Assembly: GCA_047601125.1 (NCBI GenBank)
Contig: JASGJY010000001.1
Coordinates: 913,344-977,343 of the forward strand
Direction of reading: 5' to 3'
Source: Agriterribacter sp.
GTDB lineage: Bacteria > Bacteroidota > Bacteroidia > Chitinophagales > Chitinophagaceae
DNA length: 64,000 nt
Shown: positions 1-9,277 of the stretch, one piece after another
Layout: each line of letters begins with the position of its first letter
How positions within the stretch are numbered: position 1 is the first letter of the stretch
Made by a program: the position numbers and the translations under genes
Notes under the pieces: generated by a model
Database searches by the model: none
Told to the model about the DNA's origin: nothing
What the model saw: the letters and a program-made list of their open reading frames with translations, nothing else

Positions 1-308
1 CTTTTAATGCTTCGTGCACTAAGCTCAAATTGGCAAACATTTTTTTAAGACGGGCATTCTCATCTTCTAATTCCTTAACCCTTTTGAGTTCGTTGGCATC
101 TAATCCCCCATAGCGCTGTCTCCATTTGTAAAATGCAGCGGTAGTTATACCTAAATCTCTACAAATGTCTTTAGCTTCCCGACCATTTTCATGCTCCTGG
201 ATAGCTTTAACGATTTGAGTTTCAGTAAATCTTGTCTTCTTCATAATTGTATTTTAAAAGTACTTCATTTTTGTACTTTTAAATGAACGAAGATTGGGGA
301 AGGGCACA
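1..308 (-). mobile_element. IS3-family insertion sequence, left end (continues beyond window start)
   Basis: OrfA-type HTH transposase on minus strand; putative terminal repeat begins 5'-TGTGCCCTTCCCC at 308 (IS3 ends begin with TG). Confidence 0.8.
2..244 (-). CDS. IS3-family transposase OrfA (3'-partial, not in ORF track)
   Basis: Manual translation [75 protein letters not shown]..., typical IS3/IS407-group OrfA. Confidence 0.9.
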   Translation of the reverse strand, partial: MKKTRFTETQIVKAIQEHENGREAKDICRDLGITTAAFYKWRQRYGGLDANELKRVKELEDENARLKKMFANLSLVHEALK

Positions 309-865
309 ACTGTGAGATTCTGTTTTATGAATTTGTCCGATCACTGACAACACCATTTGCAGATTCTTCCTGGTTAACTGTTTCCTCGGAAGAAGGAGCT
401 GAGGTTGAAAAAATTAAAAATCGGAATCTTTTTGTTGCAGATTCTTCCAATATTGCAAATATTTTACATGAATATATTGTCATTGGCAAAATAGATAGTA
501 TTTCACAGATTGACTCTCTCATATCTAAATGCAGGGAACAGATATATTCTTTTAGGAACCTTATTTATGAAAAATTTAAAAACAACATTAATAACATAGG
601 TATTAAACCTTTACGGTTTTCAAAAGATAAGTTTATTTATGAACATTTAGCCGATTATCAGCGGGATAACACTTTTGTGCTTTTTAACAAATCGAAGCCA
701 GATGATGTTATATCTTATATTTTGTTTATTCCCCGGGGTATGCAATATCCCGGCTCTCCAATTAGGATTTTATCATGGCGGTTGATCATTGACGGTGCTT
801 TCTATTATCAATTCGTTTCCGGTGTGGATAGATTGGAGTATCTGATTTTTGTTGGGCATCATTAA
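309..865 (+). pseudogene. 5'-disrupted gene remnant, paralog of the 880..1434 secreted protein
   Basis: Frame open from 419 to stop at 865 (148 codons) with no start codon until GTG 677; by-eye similarity to the downstream ORF; abuts the IS end. Confidence 0.6.
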
Positions 866-879
866 TAAAATATTATAAA

Positions 880-1434
880 ATGAAAAAATATATCCCTGCC
901 TCAATAAAAGTAATCCTTGTTTTTCTATTGGTCAATGCACATATTGGAACGCTCAGTGCTCAATCCAACAATTGGACAAAAGATGAGGCGGAATACTATA
1001 AAAAAATGAAATCTCTTTGTGAGTATATTCAGAATGAAAGGTATGATACAGCCAGAAGAGGGTTGATTTTTAAAGAATTTATATACTTTGATAACGTTTT
1101 AAGTGATACCTCCATAGTTCATATCAGGGAGAGAACACAATGGTTCGACGGTTTATTTATTATGTTGATCCGTTTTGTTGATTCTGTAGGGCTAAGCAAT
1201 TTAGATGCCGTACCTACCAGGTTTTTTAAAGCAGATACAACCTTTTTTGAACCTTACGGGTCTGGCGGAGATCTTGAAGATTGTACACCATACACGCTTA
1301 CGTACTTTGATAAACGGCACCCTGAACACCCAATTGGCACCTTGTTGTTTGAAGTCGGAACACATAAACTTTTATCATGGATCGTTTTAAACCAGGGAGG
1401 CTACCGTTATTTCCTGACTTTCAATCTTATGTAA
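880..1434 (+). CDS. hypothetical secreted protein, 184 aa
   Basis: N-terminal MKKY plus hydrophobic stretch ending LSAQ (Sec signal peptide); no recognisable family. Confidence 0.8.
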   Translation: MKKYIPASIKVILVFLLVNAHIGTLSAQSNNWTKDEAEYYKKMKSLCEYIQNERYDTARRGLIFKEFIYFDNVLSDTSIVHIRERTQWFDGLFIMLIRFVDSVGLSNLDAVPTRFFKADTTFFEPYGSGGDLEDCTPYTLTYFDKRHPEHPIGTLLFEVGTHKLLSWIVLNQGGYRYFLTFNLM

Positions 1435-1488
1435 GCTTCGGTTCGCGTTGATTTAAATAATATATGAGCAACAGTCGGAATAAATTAT

Positions 1489-3294
1489 ATGCAAATCATT
1501 GCACATATTAAAAATTTGTTTGCAGCCGCTGCACTAACCTTTGGATTATACATCTTCTTATTTCATAGTATTTTTAGTTATAACTTTTCTATCGAAATAA
1601 CACCACATTATTCAATTCTTCCGGTCGCTTTAGGAATTTCTTTTCTCTTTATTCTATTACTTATAGTATCAGGAGATAGGGTTAAATTAACAATAACAGA
1701 TTGTGTTATTCTATGTTTGCTGAGCATAGCTTTGCTATATGTATACATTGATGAGTCTTCAGAAAGTTTGAATAATGAATACTTCGCCGCATTAATCATT
1801 ACGGCATTAGCTTTTGTAATTGCCAGGTTTTCTAATGGATGGGTATTGAATTATTATATTCCCATAATTTTTTCCGTTTCCTTCTTGTGGGAGCTATATA
1901 TGGGCTTAAGACAACTGCTGCAAGCTGGGCATGACTTTGAGCAGAGCTCTTTATTAATAACCGGAAGCCTGGAAAATTCTGGCATATATTCTATTTATTT
2001 GTGTGTCTGTTTTCCGTTGTTCTTATATTCTTTCTATTTGTGTTTATTTGTTTCTTCTTCATTACGTACAATATTGATCTGCTTAATATCAGTATTTGTA
2101 TTTGGGCTTCTTTTGGTAGCCAAATCCCGAACAGCTTTATTGATTTTTTCATTCTCGTTAACAGTACTAATATGGCATAAGAAAAAAAATGAAACAAAAA
2201 AAATTATATCTCTTCTAAAAGCTAATTTTTTTTCCACTATCATGTTTGTTATTAGCGTGATATTAACAGGATACGTTCTGTATTTCTGGAAAGAAGGTTC
2301 GTCTTTAGGTAGATTGTTTATTTGGAAAGTTAGCATAGTAAGAAGTTTTGATAACGTGTTTGCTGGTATTGGTGTAGGCAATTTTTCCTATCAATATCCT
2401 CTTTGGCAGATTGAATATGTAGCTTCTAAAGATATTTTACCAAAGCAATTATTGCATATAGATGAAACCAAGATAGCTTATAATGAATTTTTGCAAATCT
2501 TTATTGAAACAGGCTTACTGGGGTTTGGTATTTTTATATTTATTCTTTTTTGTGCGCTTAGAACAAGAGTAGAGCGTACTTGTAAGCTATCCTTTTTGCT
2601 AAAACTATCATTAGCTTCAATTGTATTAGGGAGTCTTACTTCGTATCCTTTACATTGCAATTCGATTTTATTTCTTTTTGCCATAATTATCGCCATTTTA
2701 TCTTCAATAGGTAATACCCTAAATAGAAGTTCTTTTGTTAGAATGAGGAAGGGGTCATCTGTCTTTTTCTTATTGCTTTTGAATGTCCTGGTCTTATCGG
2801 CTTTTTTTAAAACATTTAATTATTACAAGCATGAGCGGATATGGGAAATGCTTAGAGAAGATTATACATTGCTGCCGCACCAAATTGAACGGAAATATGA
2901 TAGTCTCCTTGATTATCAAAATACAAACGGAAAATTTTTGCTTGATTTCGGTGAAAAACTTTATGGCATAGGAAAATATAAAAAGAGCATAGACTTAATA
3001 GAAAGGAGTAAAGCGTTCTATATTTCCGAAAGGACTTTCAATATTGCTATGCAAGCTAAATTAAGATGTGCCGATACTCTTGCTGCAATTGACGAAGCTA
3101 AAAACTTATGCTATATCGCTCCTTACAAATTCACTCCAAAATATGAATTGGTAAAATTATACCTCAGTACAGGAGATAGCGGCAGCGCAAAAAAGTTAGC
3201 GGAGAATATTTTGTACATGCCTGTAAAAGTCTCATCCGATAGGATTAGTTTAATTAAGAATGAAATGAATATTTTATTAAATGAAGTAAAATGA
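1489..3294 (+). CDS. O-antigen ligase (Wzy_C)-like polytopic membrane protein with C-terminal TPR-like region
   Basis: Many TM segments; motifs KSRTA, GRLFIW, GIGVGNF, AYNEFLQIFIETGLLG; helical TPR-like tail. Confidence 0.8.
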   Translation: MQIIAHIKNLFAAAALTFGLYIFLFHSIFSYNFSIEITPHYSILPVALGISFLFILLLIVSGDRVKLTITDCVILCLLSIALLYVYIDESSESLNNEYFAALIITALAFVIARFSNGWVLNYYIPIIFSVSFLWELYMGLRQLLQAGHDFEQSSLLITGSLENSGIYSIYLCVCFPLFLYSFYLCLFVSSSLRTILICLISVFVFGLLLVAKSRTALLIFSFSLTVLIWHKKKNETKKIISLLKANFFSTIMFVISVILTGYVLYFWKEGSSLGRLFIWKVSIVRSFDNVFAGIGVGNFSYQYPLWQIEYVASKDILPKQLLHIDETKIAYNEFLQIFIETGLLGFGIFIFILFCALRTRVERTCKLSFLLKLSLASIVLGSLTSYPLHCNSILFLFAIIIAILSSIGNTLNRSSFVRMRKGSSVFFLLLLNVLVLSAFFKTFNYYKHERIWEMLREDYTLLPHQIERKYDSLLDYQNTNGKFLLDFGEKLYGIGKYKKSIDLIERSKAFYISERTFNIAMQAKLRCADTLAAIDEAKNLCYIAPYKFTPKYELVKLYLSTGDSGSAKKLAENILYMPVKVSSDRISLIKNEMNILLNEVK

Positions 3295-4814
3295 ATACAA
3301 CTTCTGGAATTAATAGAATGCGAAAAAAAATTATACTATGGGGAATCATTTTATCCATGTTGTATTGTTGCAATTACTATAGAAAAGGCGGTGCTTTTGA
3401 TGCCATAATTAATGAGTATTCGAAAAATATCAAAGATTCTATTGAGCGTGAATCTGCAATATTTCTGAAGGAAAATATGAAGGATATTATGAGCGATAAA
3501 GTGAATTTCTATGACGACCATTTCAAAGAAATTGAATTATCTCTGGACGAGTTTAAATCCGAAGCGAGTCTGTTATCCTTTATGGGTAAAAAAAAGTTAG
3601 ATTATGAAATGTGTGTTGTTCCAGATACACAAATAGTTACTGCGATATATTTGAAAAATAATATAAAATATGCCATAAACAGTTGGAATAAATACCCCTG
3701 GTGTAAAAATATTCCAAAAAATATTTTTTTGAATTATTTGTTGCCGTACAAAGTATTTCAGGAATATCCGCAAGAGTGGAGACAATATTTTTTTTCTAAG
3801 TATAAGGATTCTATAGATGTTGCTTTAAAGAGGTATCAATACGATTCTGCGGATATATATGCAATTGATCCTAATGAGCTATATTATCGTATCGTTGTAG
3901 ATGATGCGGGAAAATGGTATAAGTATTCAGACTTTTTTGTTAAATTAACTCAATATCCATCATTGAGTGAATTGTTATGTATTGGCAAGGGAAGTTGTAG
4001 TGAGACTTCAATATTGAATGTTTATATTCTTCGCTCTCTTGGTATTCCTGCAGCCGTTGATATTGTGCCGGTATGGGGATCAAAGAACGGTTCCCATACC
4101 AGCGAAGTTTTTTGGGACGGGAAAAACAAAATGCGTACGGCAAGTGGAAGAGAATTTGAAAGACCAACAAAAGTATTTAGATTAAGCTTTAAAAAACAAA
4201 ATTATTGGAATGACTCAGTATCTCTTTTTGTAGACAGAGAGAATTTTATGTTGCCATATTTAATGAATAATCATTGGATTGATGTTACCGAGGAACATAC
4301 TAAAACCGTTGATATAAATGTTTTAATAGATACGCTAATTTTACCTGATTTTGCTTATATATGTGTATATAATTATGGGCAGTGGCAGCCTGCATTCTGG
4401 GGCAAAATTGAAAACAAAAAGGCTGAATTTAAAAAAATGGGATACCCAATGATTTATCGTATAGCTGTGCCAGACAGAACCGGATTTGCTCTTTTAAACA
4501 AAATATTATTAGTAGATGAAGATGGGAAGTTAAACTATATAGGACCAACCAAAGAAAATATTAAACATATTGTTTTAGAAAAAACTAATGCCGGAGAAAA
4601 ATCTTACGTGCAACAACAGAATGTTTATGAACTTTTTCTATTAGACGAGAGAAGCCAATGGATTTCATTAGGCAAAAAAAAATGCCTTAGAGATTCTTTA
4701 ATTACTTTTTCAAATGTTCCTCAAAACGCATTATTGCGCCTGGTTAATATAGCAGGCAAAAAAAACCTTGAAAGAATTTTTACATATCAGAATAATAAAC
4801 AAGTTTGGTGGTGA
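3291..4814 (+). CDS. transglutaminase-like domain protein, probable lipoprotein (start may be 3318)
   Basis: GSCSETSILNVYILRSLGIPA (Cys) and GSHTSEVFWD (His/Asp); N-terminal hydrophobic segment ending LYCC; overlaps previous stop (ATGA). Confidence 0.8.
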   Translation: MNTTSGINRMRKKIILWGIILSMLYCCNYYRKGGAFDAIINEYSKNIKDSIERESAIFLKENMKDIMSDKVNFYDDHFKEIELSLDEFKSEASLLSFMGKKKLDYEMCVVPDTQIVTAIYLKNNIKYAINSWNKYPWCKNIPKNIFLNYLLPYKVFQEYPQEWRQYFFSKYKDSIDVALKRYQYDSADIYAIDPNELYYRIVVDDAGKWYKYSDFFVKLTQYPSLSELLCIGKGSCSETSILNVYILRSLGIPAAVDIVPVWGSKNGSHTSEVFWDGKNKMRTASGREFERPTKVFRLSFKKQNYWNDSVSLFVDRENFMLPYLMNNHWIDVTEEHTKTVDINVLIDTLILPDFAYICVYNYGQWQPAFWGKIENKKAEFKKMGYPMIYRIAVPDRTGFALLNKILLVDEDGKLNYIGPTKENIKHIVLEKTNAGEKSYVQQQNVYELFLLDERSQWISLGKKKCLRDSLITFSNVPQNALLRLVNIAGKKNLERIFTYQNNKQVWW

Positions 4815-4823
4815 CGGTAAATA

Positions 4824-5399
4824 CTATTTATTTTTTTTTATTCTGCTTAATGTTTCAATAGTGATCCCAAGATATGAGGCTATATAGCCAGATGGAACCC
4901 GCCGAATGATTTCAGGAAAATGCGTTCGCAAATATTCAAATCTTTCCACTGCTTTTTGCGAACGCATCGAATATAATCTTTGTTCACTAAGCGTATAATA
5001 ATTTTCTGTTAACACCCTGCCCATAATATTAAACTCCGGGAAGTTTTTATACAAATAGTCTAATTCACTATGACTGATATAATGCACTATAGAATCTTCA
5101 ATAGACTGTATGTCCTCATTACTTGCCGTTCTTCTGAAAAAACTTTCAACAGATATTATAATATCATTTTCTTTCATAAACCAGGAGCAGATTTCTTTTC
5201 CATTTGCATTATAATAACATCGAAACAGACCTTTTTCAATAAAGAAAATATCATTACAAACATGTCCTTTTCTTAATAAAAAAGATTTTTTAGGAACGTC
5301 CTTAGTTTTTAATAACTTAATCAGGGCATCTTGAAGCCCTTCCGATAATGGGTAGATGGACGAGAAGAGATTGAAAAGATAATTCATAAGTTTAAGCAA
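4824..5399 (-). CDS. Crp/Fnr family transcriptional regulator
   Basis: cNMP-binding-like FIEKGLFRCYY...ESF and C-terminal HTH IASYLGITIETLSRI. Confidence 0.9.
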   Translation of the reverse strand: MLKLMNYLFNLFSSIYPLSEGLQDALIKLLKTKDVPKKSFLLRKGHVCNDIFFIEKGLFRCYYNANGKEICSWFMKENDIIISVESFFRRTASNEDIQSIEDSIVHYISHSELDYLYKNFPEFNIMGRVLTENYYTLSEQRLYSMRSQKAVERFEYLRTHFPEIIRRVPSGYIASYLGITIETLSRIKKNK

Positions 5400-5574
5400 A
5401 AAGGTAATTTGTCAAAGACGAAAAAAATAATGACTGCTTTAAAATTACAAATATCCCGTTACGGAAAAGTTTTTTGGAAAAATTTAGATCGCGGAGCTAT
5501 CAAATTTTAATGCCCCACTGCTTTTTTCCCATTTTTTTCTTACATTTCCATGACAAACGCTAAATATTGCTATT

Positions 5575-5982
5575 ATGATCAAAATTTCTGAAGTTAAAAA
5601 CGGAGATATTGTAAATGCACGTTTTGAAGATGTAATCAATACCGGGGAGGTAATACAGGTAGACCGGGAAGAAAGAAAAGCGCTGGTTTCTCATGGCGAC
5701 CAGGAATTTTGGTATGATACGGAGGATCTCAGTCCGGTACTTTTTACGGTAGACAGCCTCCCAACGTTAGGATTTATAGAATCCAGCGATCCTGTAATAA
5801 TGGGAACAGGCAGGGCTTTTGTAAAGGGGCCCTTTATCCTGCAGTTTCCCGATGCTGCCAATACTGATCATATTCACCTGATTTACAGGGATGAACACCG
5901 GGATATCAAAGGTCCGATATTTTTACACCAGTTGCAGAATCATTATCACTCCATGACCAATTTTCACCTGGAATTGTCTTAA
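5575..5982 (+). CDS. hypothetical protein
   Basis: 135-aa ORF with ATG start; no family recognised. Confidence 0.7.
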   Translation: MIKISEVKNGDIVNARFEDVINTGEVIQVDREERKALVSHGDQEFWYDTEDLSPVLFTVDSLPTLGFIESSDPVIMGTGRAFVKGPFILQFPDAANTDHIHLIYRDEHRDIKGPIFLHQLQNHYHSMTNFHLELS

Positions 5983-6048
5983 CTTTGCAGCCGCAAATTC
6001 AGGTTATACATAGGTTTTCCCCAACAAATGGGGAAAATTTACGCTTTT

Positions 6049-6081
6049 TTTGTAATAATCAACAATATAATCGTATCTTTG
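6049..6081 (+). promoter_or_regulatory. Bacteroidota housekeeping promoter for infA operon
   Basis: TTTG at 6049-6052 and TATCTTTG at 6074-6081, 21-nt spacer (-33/-7 consensus TTTG..TAnnTTTG). Confidence 0.7.
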
Positions 6082-6097
6082 CGCACCCAAAAACGGT

Positions 6098-6316
6098 ATG
6101 GCAAAACAGACACTCATTAAACAGGATGGAATAATTTTAGAAGCCTTGTCCAATGCAATGTTCAAGGTGAAATTAGAAAACGGTCACGAAATACTGGCTA
6201 CCATCTCCGGAAAAATGAGAATGAATTACATCCGTATTTTGCCAGGCGATAAAGTGGGCGTTGAAATGAGCCCTTATGATCTGAGCAGGGGACGAATCAT
6301 TTTCAGATACAAATAA
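6098..6316 (+). CDS. infA: translation initiation factor IF-1
   Basis: [39 protein letters not shown]...GRIIFRYK. Confidence 0.98.
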   Translation: MAKQTLIKQDGIILEALSNAMFKVKLENGHEILATISGKMRMNYIRILPGDKVGVEMSPYDLSRGRIIFRYK

Positions 6317-6342
6317 TATTATAACGTTAAAACGCAAATAAG

Positions 6343-6459
6343 ATGAGAGTAAGAGCATCCATTAAAAAACGCAGCGCAGATTGCAAGATCGTGAGGAGAA
6401 AAGGCGTGTTGTTTGTTATCAACAAAAAGAATCCCCGTTTTAAACAGCGCCAGGGATAA
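6343..6459 (+). CDS. rpmJ: 50S ribosomal protein L36 (not in ORF track)
   Basis: Manual translation [38 protein letters not shown], between infA and rpsM. Confidence 0.97.
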   Translation: MRVRASIKKRSADCKIVRRKGVLFVINKKNPRFKQRQG

Positions 6460-6462
6460 TCG

Positions 6463-6490
6463 TTTCAAATTTTAAATTTCAAATTTCAAA
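6463..6490. repeat. 4 x heptamer TTT(C/T)AAA
   Basis: tttcaaa ttttaaa tttcaaa tttcaaa, ending 8 nt before rpsM ATG. Confidence 0.8.
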
Positions 6491-6498
6491 TACAAAAT

Positions 6499-6879
6499 AT
6501 GGCTCGTATTGCCGGTGTTGATTTACCAAAAAATAAAAGAGGAGAAATAGGGTTAACCTATATTTTCGGTATTGGCCGTTCTACTGCTCAGTACATATTA
6601 GACAAGGCTGGTATCAGCCACGATAAAAAAGTTAATCAGTGGAATGATGATGAGTTGAATGCTATTCGTAATATCATCACCAATGAATTTAAGGTAGAAG
6701 GTCAGTTGCGTTCTGAAGTTCAGATGAGCATCAAACGTTTGCTTGATATTGCATGCTACCGCGGTTTACGCCACCGTAAGGGATTACCGCTTCGCGGACA
6801 GCGTACCCGTACAAATTCACGTACACGTAAAGGTAAACGTAAAACAGTTGCCGGTAAGAAAAAGGCAACCAAGAAGTAA
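6499..6879 (+). CDS. rpsM: 30S ribosomal protein S13
   Basis: [14 protein letters not shown]...[23 protein letters not shown]. Confidence 0.99.
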   Translation: MARIAGVDLPKNKRGEIGLTYIFGIGRSTAQYILDKAGISHDKKVNQWNDDELNAIRNIITNEFKVEGQLRSEVQMSIKRLLDIACYRGLRHRKGLPLRGQRTRTNSRTRKGKRKTVAGKKKATKK

Positions 6880-6973
6880 TAATATACTTATTGCCACCGG
6901 ATCCGGTTTACTTCCCGGGGAGGGGCAATTTGTTTTTTGTATAATAAACATTTAAAAGACTACCTCAGGTATT

Positions 6974-7378
6974 ATGGCTAAAGCACAGCAAAACAGCGCA
7001 AAAGCCGCTGCTAAAAAAAGAATTGTAAAAGTTGACTCTTACGGTGATGCTCACGTAACAGCAAGCTTCAATAACATTATTGTAAGCTTAACAAACAAAA
7101 ACGGGCAGGTGATCAGTTGGAGCAGCGCCGGTAAAATGGGTTTCAAAGGTTCTAAAAAGAATACACCATACGCTGCACAAATGGCTGCTTCAGATGCTGC
7201 AAGAGTTGCACTTGAAGCCGGTTTAAAAAGAGTTGATGTATTTGTAAAAGGACCAGGCGCCGGGCGTGAAGGCGCTATCCGCGCAATCGCTAACAGTGGT
7301 ATTGAAGTGAACATGATCAAGGATGTAACTCCGCTGCCACACAATGGCTGCCGCCCTCCCAAGAAAAGAAGAGTATAA
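6974..7378 (+). CDS. rpsK: 30S ribosomal protein S11
   Basis: [11 protein letters not shown]...[14 protein letters not shown]...[18 protein letters not shown]. Confidence 0.99.
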   Translation: MAKAQQNSAKAAAKKRIVKVDSYGDAHVTASFNNIIVSLTNKNGQVISWSSAGKMGFKGSKKNTPYAAQMAASDAARVALEAGLKRVDVFVKGPGAGREGAIRAIANSGIEVNMIKDVTPLPHNGCRPPKKRRV

Positions 7379-7381
7379 TAA

Positions 7382-7409
7382 TTTGAAATTTTAAATTTCA
7401 AATTTGAAA
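7382..7409. repeat. 4 x heptamer TTTNAAA
   Basis: tttgaaa ttttaaa tttcaaa tttgaaa directly after rpsK stop. Confidence 0.8.
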
Positions 7410-7482
7410 TAAACCAGGTGTTCGATTGATTTTAGATTTTTAATGATCGGGCATCTTTAATTAAAAAATCAAATTAATAATT

Positions 7483-8088
7483 ATGGCACGTTACACAGGC
7501 CCAAAAACAAGAATTTCCCGCATTTTCGGTGAACCTATTCTCGGTAACGGTAAATACCTTACCAAAAACAGTAACCCTCCGGGTCAGCACGGACCTTCTA
7601 AAAAACGTAAAGCTCCGGGAGAATACGCACTTCAGTTAAAGGAAAAGCAAAAGGCTAAATATACCTACGGTTTATTAGAGCGCCAGTTCCGCAAAACATT
7701 TGAAGAAGCTTCACGCCTTGGTGGTGTTACCGGCGAAAACCTTATTAAATTGCTTGAAGCAAGATTGGATAATACCGTTTTCCGTCTTGGTATAGCTCCT
7801 TCACGCCCTGCAGCAAGACAATTGGTTGCGCACAAACACGTAACTGTAAATGGCGAAGTGGTGAATATTCCTTCTTTCAGATTGAAAGCAGGTGATATCA
7901 TCAGCCTGAAAGAAAAGAGCGCAGGCAACACTGCTGTTACAAGCCAGGTGCGTGGTAAAAATCCTAAGTTCAACTGGTTGGATTGGAACGAAACTGAACT
8001 TACAGGTACATTTATTACTTATCCTGAAAGAGAAAGTGTTCCTGAAAATATTAAGGAACAGCTTATCGTAGAGTTGTATTCTAAATAA
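7483..8088 (+). CDS. rpsD: 30S ribosomal protein S4
   Basis: MARYTGPK...LEARLDNTVFRLG...ARQLVAHKH...IVELYSK. Confidence 0.99.
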   Translation: MARYTGPKTRISRIFGEPILGNGKYLTKNSNPPGQHGPSKKRKAPGEYALQLKEKQKAKYTYGLLERQFRKTFEEASRLGGVTGENLIKLLEARLDNTVFRLGIAPSRPAARQLVAHKHVTVNGEVVNIPSFRLKAGDIISLKEKSAGNTAVTSQVRGKNPKFNWLDWNETELTGTFITYPERESVPENIKEQLIVELYSK

Positions 8089-8188
8089 TGATTCTCATCT
8101 TCACGCAAATGTGAGGTAACAATAGTTGATTCTATTATTAACGCGTACCGCCTTAGGCGGTATAAAAACTTAAAACTGAAATTTAAAT

Positions 8189-9190
8189 ATGGCCATTTTA
8201 AATTTCCAAAAGCCGGACAAGATCATTCTTCAAAAAGCTACTGAATTTGAAGCATCTTTTGAATTCCGTCCGTTAGAGCCGGGTTATGGTGTTACTATTG
8301 GTAACGCGCTCCGCAGGGTTTTATTGAACTCTCTCGAAGGATACGCTATCATTGGAATTTTTATTGAGGGCGCTGAACATGAATTCGCTACTCTGAAAGG
8401 AGTAACCGAAGATGTTACAGAAATTATATTAAACCTGAAGCAGGTTCGTTTCAAAAAAATATTGGATACAGATATTAACCAGGAAAAGCTCACGATCTCT
8501 ATAAAAGGAAAAAGTGAATTTACTGCCGCTAATATCGGTGAAGCAACAGGTTCATTCCAGGTAATGAATCCTGAATTACTGATCTGCACCTTAGATCCTT
8601 CTGCCAAGCTGAATATAGAGATCACTATCGGAAAAGGACGTGGTTATGTTCCTTCTGAAGATAATAAAGTGAAAGACGCGCCATTCGGATACATTCCTAC
8701 TGATGCCATTTTCACTCCTATTAAAAATGTAAAATACGGCATTGAAAATTTCCGTGTTGAACAAAGAACAGACTACGAAAAACTGTTGATGGATGTAACT
8801 ACAGACGGTACCATTCATCCTGAAGAAGCGGTTAAACAGGCTTCACGTATACTTATTCAGCACTTAATGATCATTACTGACGAGAACATTACATTTGACA
8901 GCAAAGAAGAAAAGAAAGATGATGTGGTTGATGAGCAGGTGCTTCAGTTACGTAAAGTATTGAAAACACCGTTGGAAGATCTCGACCTGAGCGTTCGTGC
9001 ATTCAACTGCTTAAAAGCTGCTAAAATCAATAGCTTGAGCGAGCTTGTGCAATACGAACAGGAAGACCTGATGAAGTTCCGCAACTTCGGTCAAAAATCA
9101 CTGGCTGAAATTGAGCAGGTACTGGGTGAAAGAAGCCTGCACTTCGGAATGGATCTGCAAAAGCTGGGATTGGATAAGGATGAGTTTTAG
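8189..9190 (+). CDS. rpoA: RNA polymerase alpha subunit
   Basis: PLEPGYGVTIGNALRRVLL, DAIFTPI, alpha-CTD LSVRAFNCLK...NFGQKSL. Confidence 0.99.
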   Translation: MAILNFQKPDKIILQKATEFEASFEFRPLEPGYGVTIGNALRRVLLNSLEGYAIIGIFIEGAEHEFATLKGVTEDVTEIILNLKQVRFKKILDTDINQEKLTISIKGKSEFTAANIGEATGSFQVMNPELLICTLDPSAKLNIEITIGKGRGYVPSEDNKVKDAPFGYIPTDAIFTPIKNVKYGIENFRVEQRTDYEKLLMDVTTDGTIHPEEAVKQASRILIQHLMIITDENITFDSKEEKKDDVVDEQVLQLRKVLKTPLEDLDLSVRAFNCLKAAKINSLSELVQYEQEDLMKFRNFGQKSLAEIEQVLGERSLHFGMDLQKLGLDKDEF

Positions 9191-9196
9191 TGGTAA

Positions 9197-9277
9197 GTTA
9201 CAGGTTTCAAGTTACAGGTTACAAGTTTTCAAACTACAGACCTGTTGCTTAAAATTAACCTGAAACCTGCAACACCA
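9197..9277. repeat. inverted pair of heptamer arrays (GTTACAG-type x5, then AACCTGA-type x3)
   Basis: gttacag gtttcaa gttacag gttacaa gttttca ... aacctga aacctgc aacacca; caggtttcaagtt pairs with aacctgaaacctg with one mismatch. Confidence 0.75.

Noticed and set aside
325-522. 65-aa minus-strand ORF
   Set aside because: Antisense to the paralog remnant; no family features
6343-6459. L36 lacking the zinc-ribbon cysteines
   Set aside because: The Zn-free form is usual for Bacteroidota; not novel
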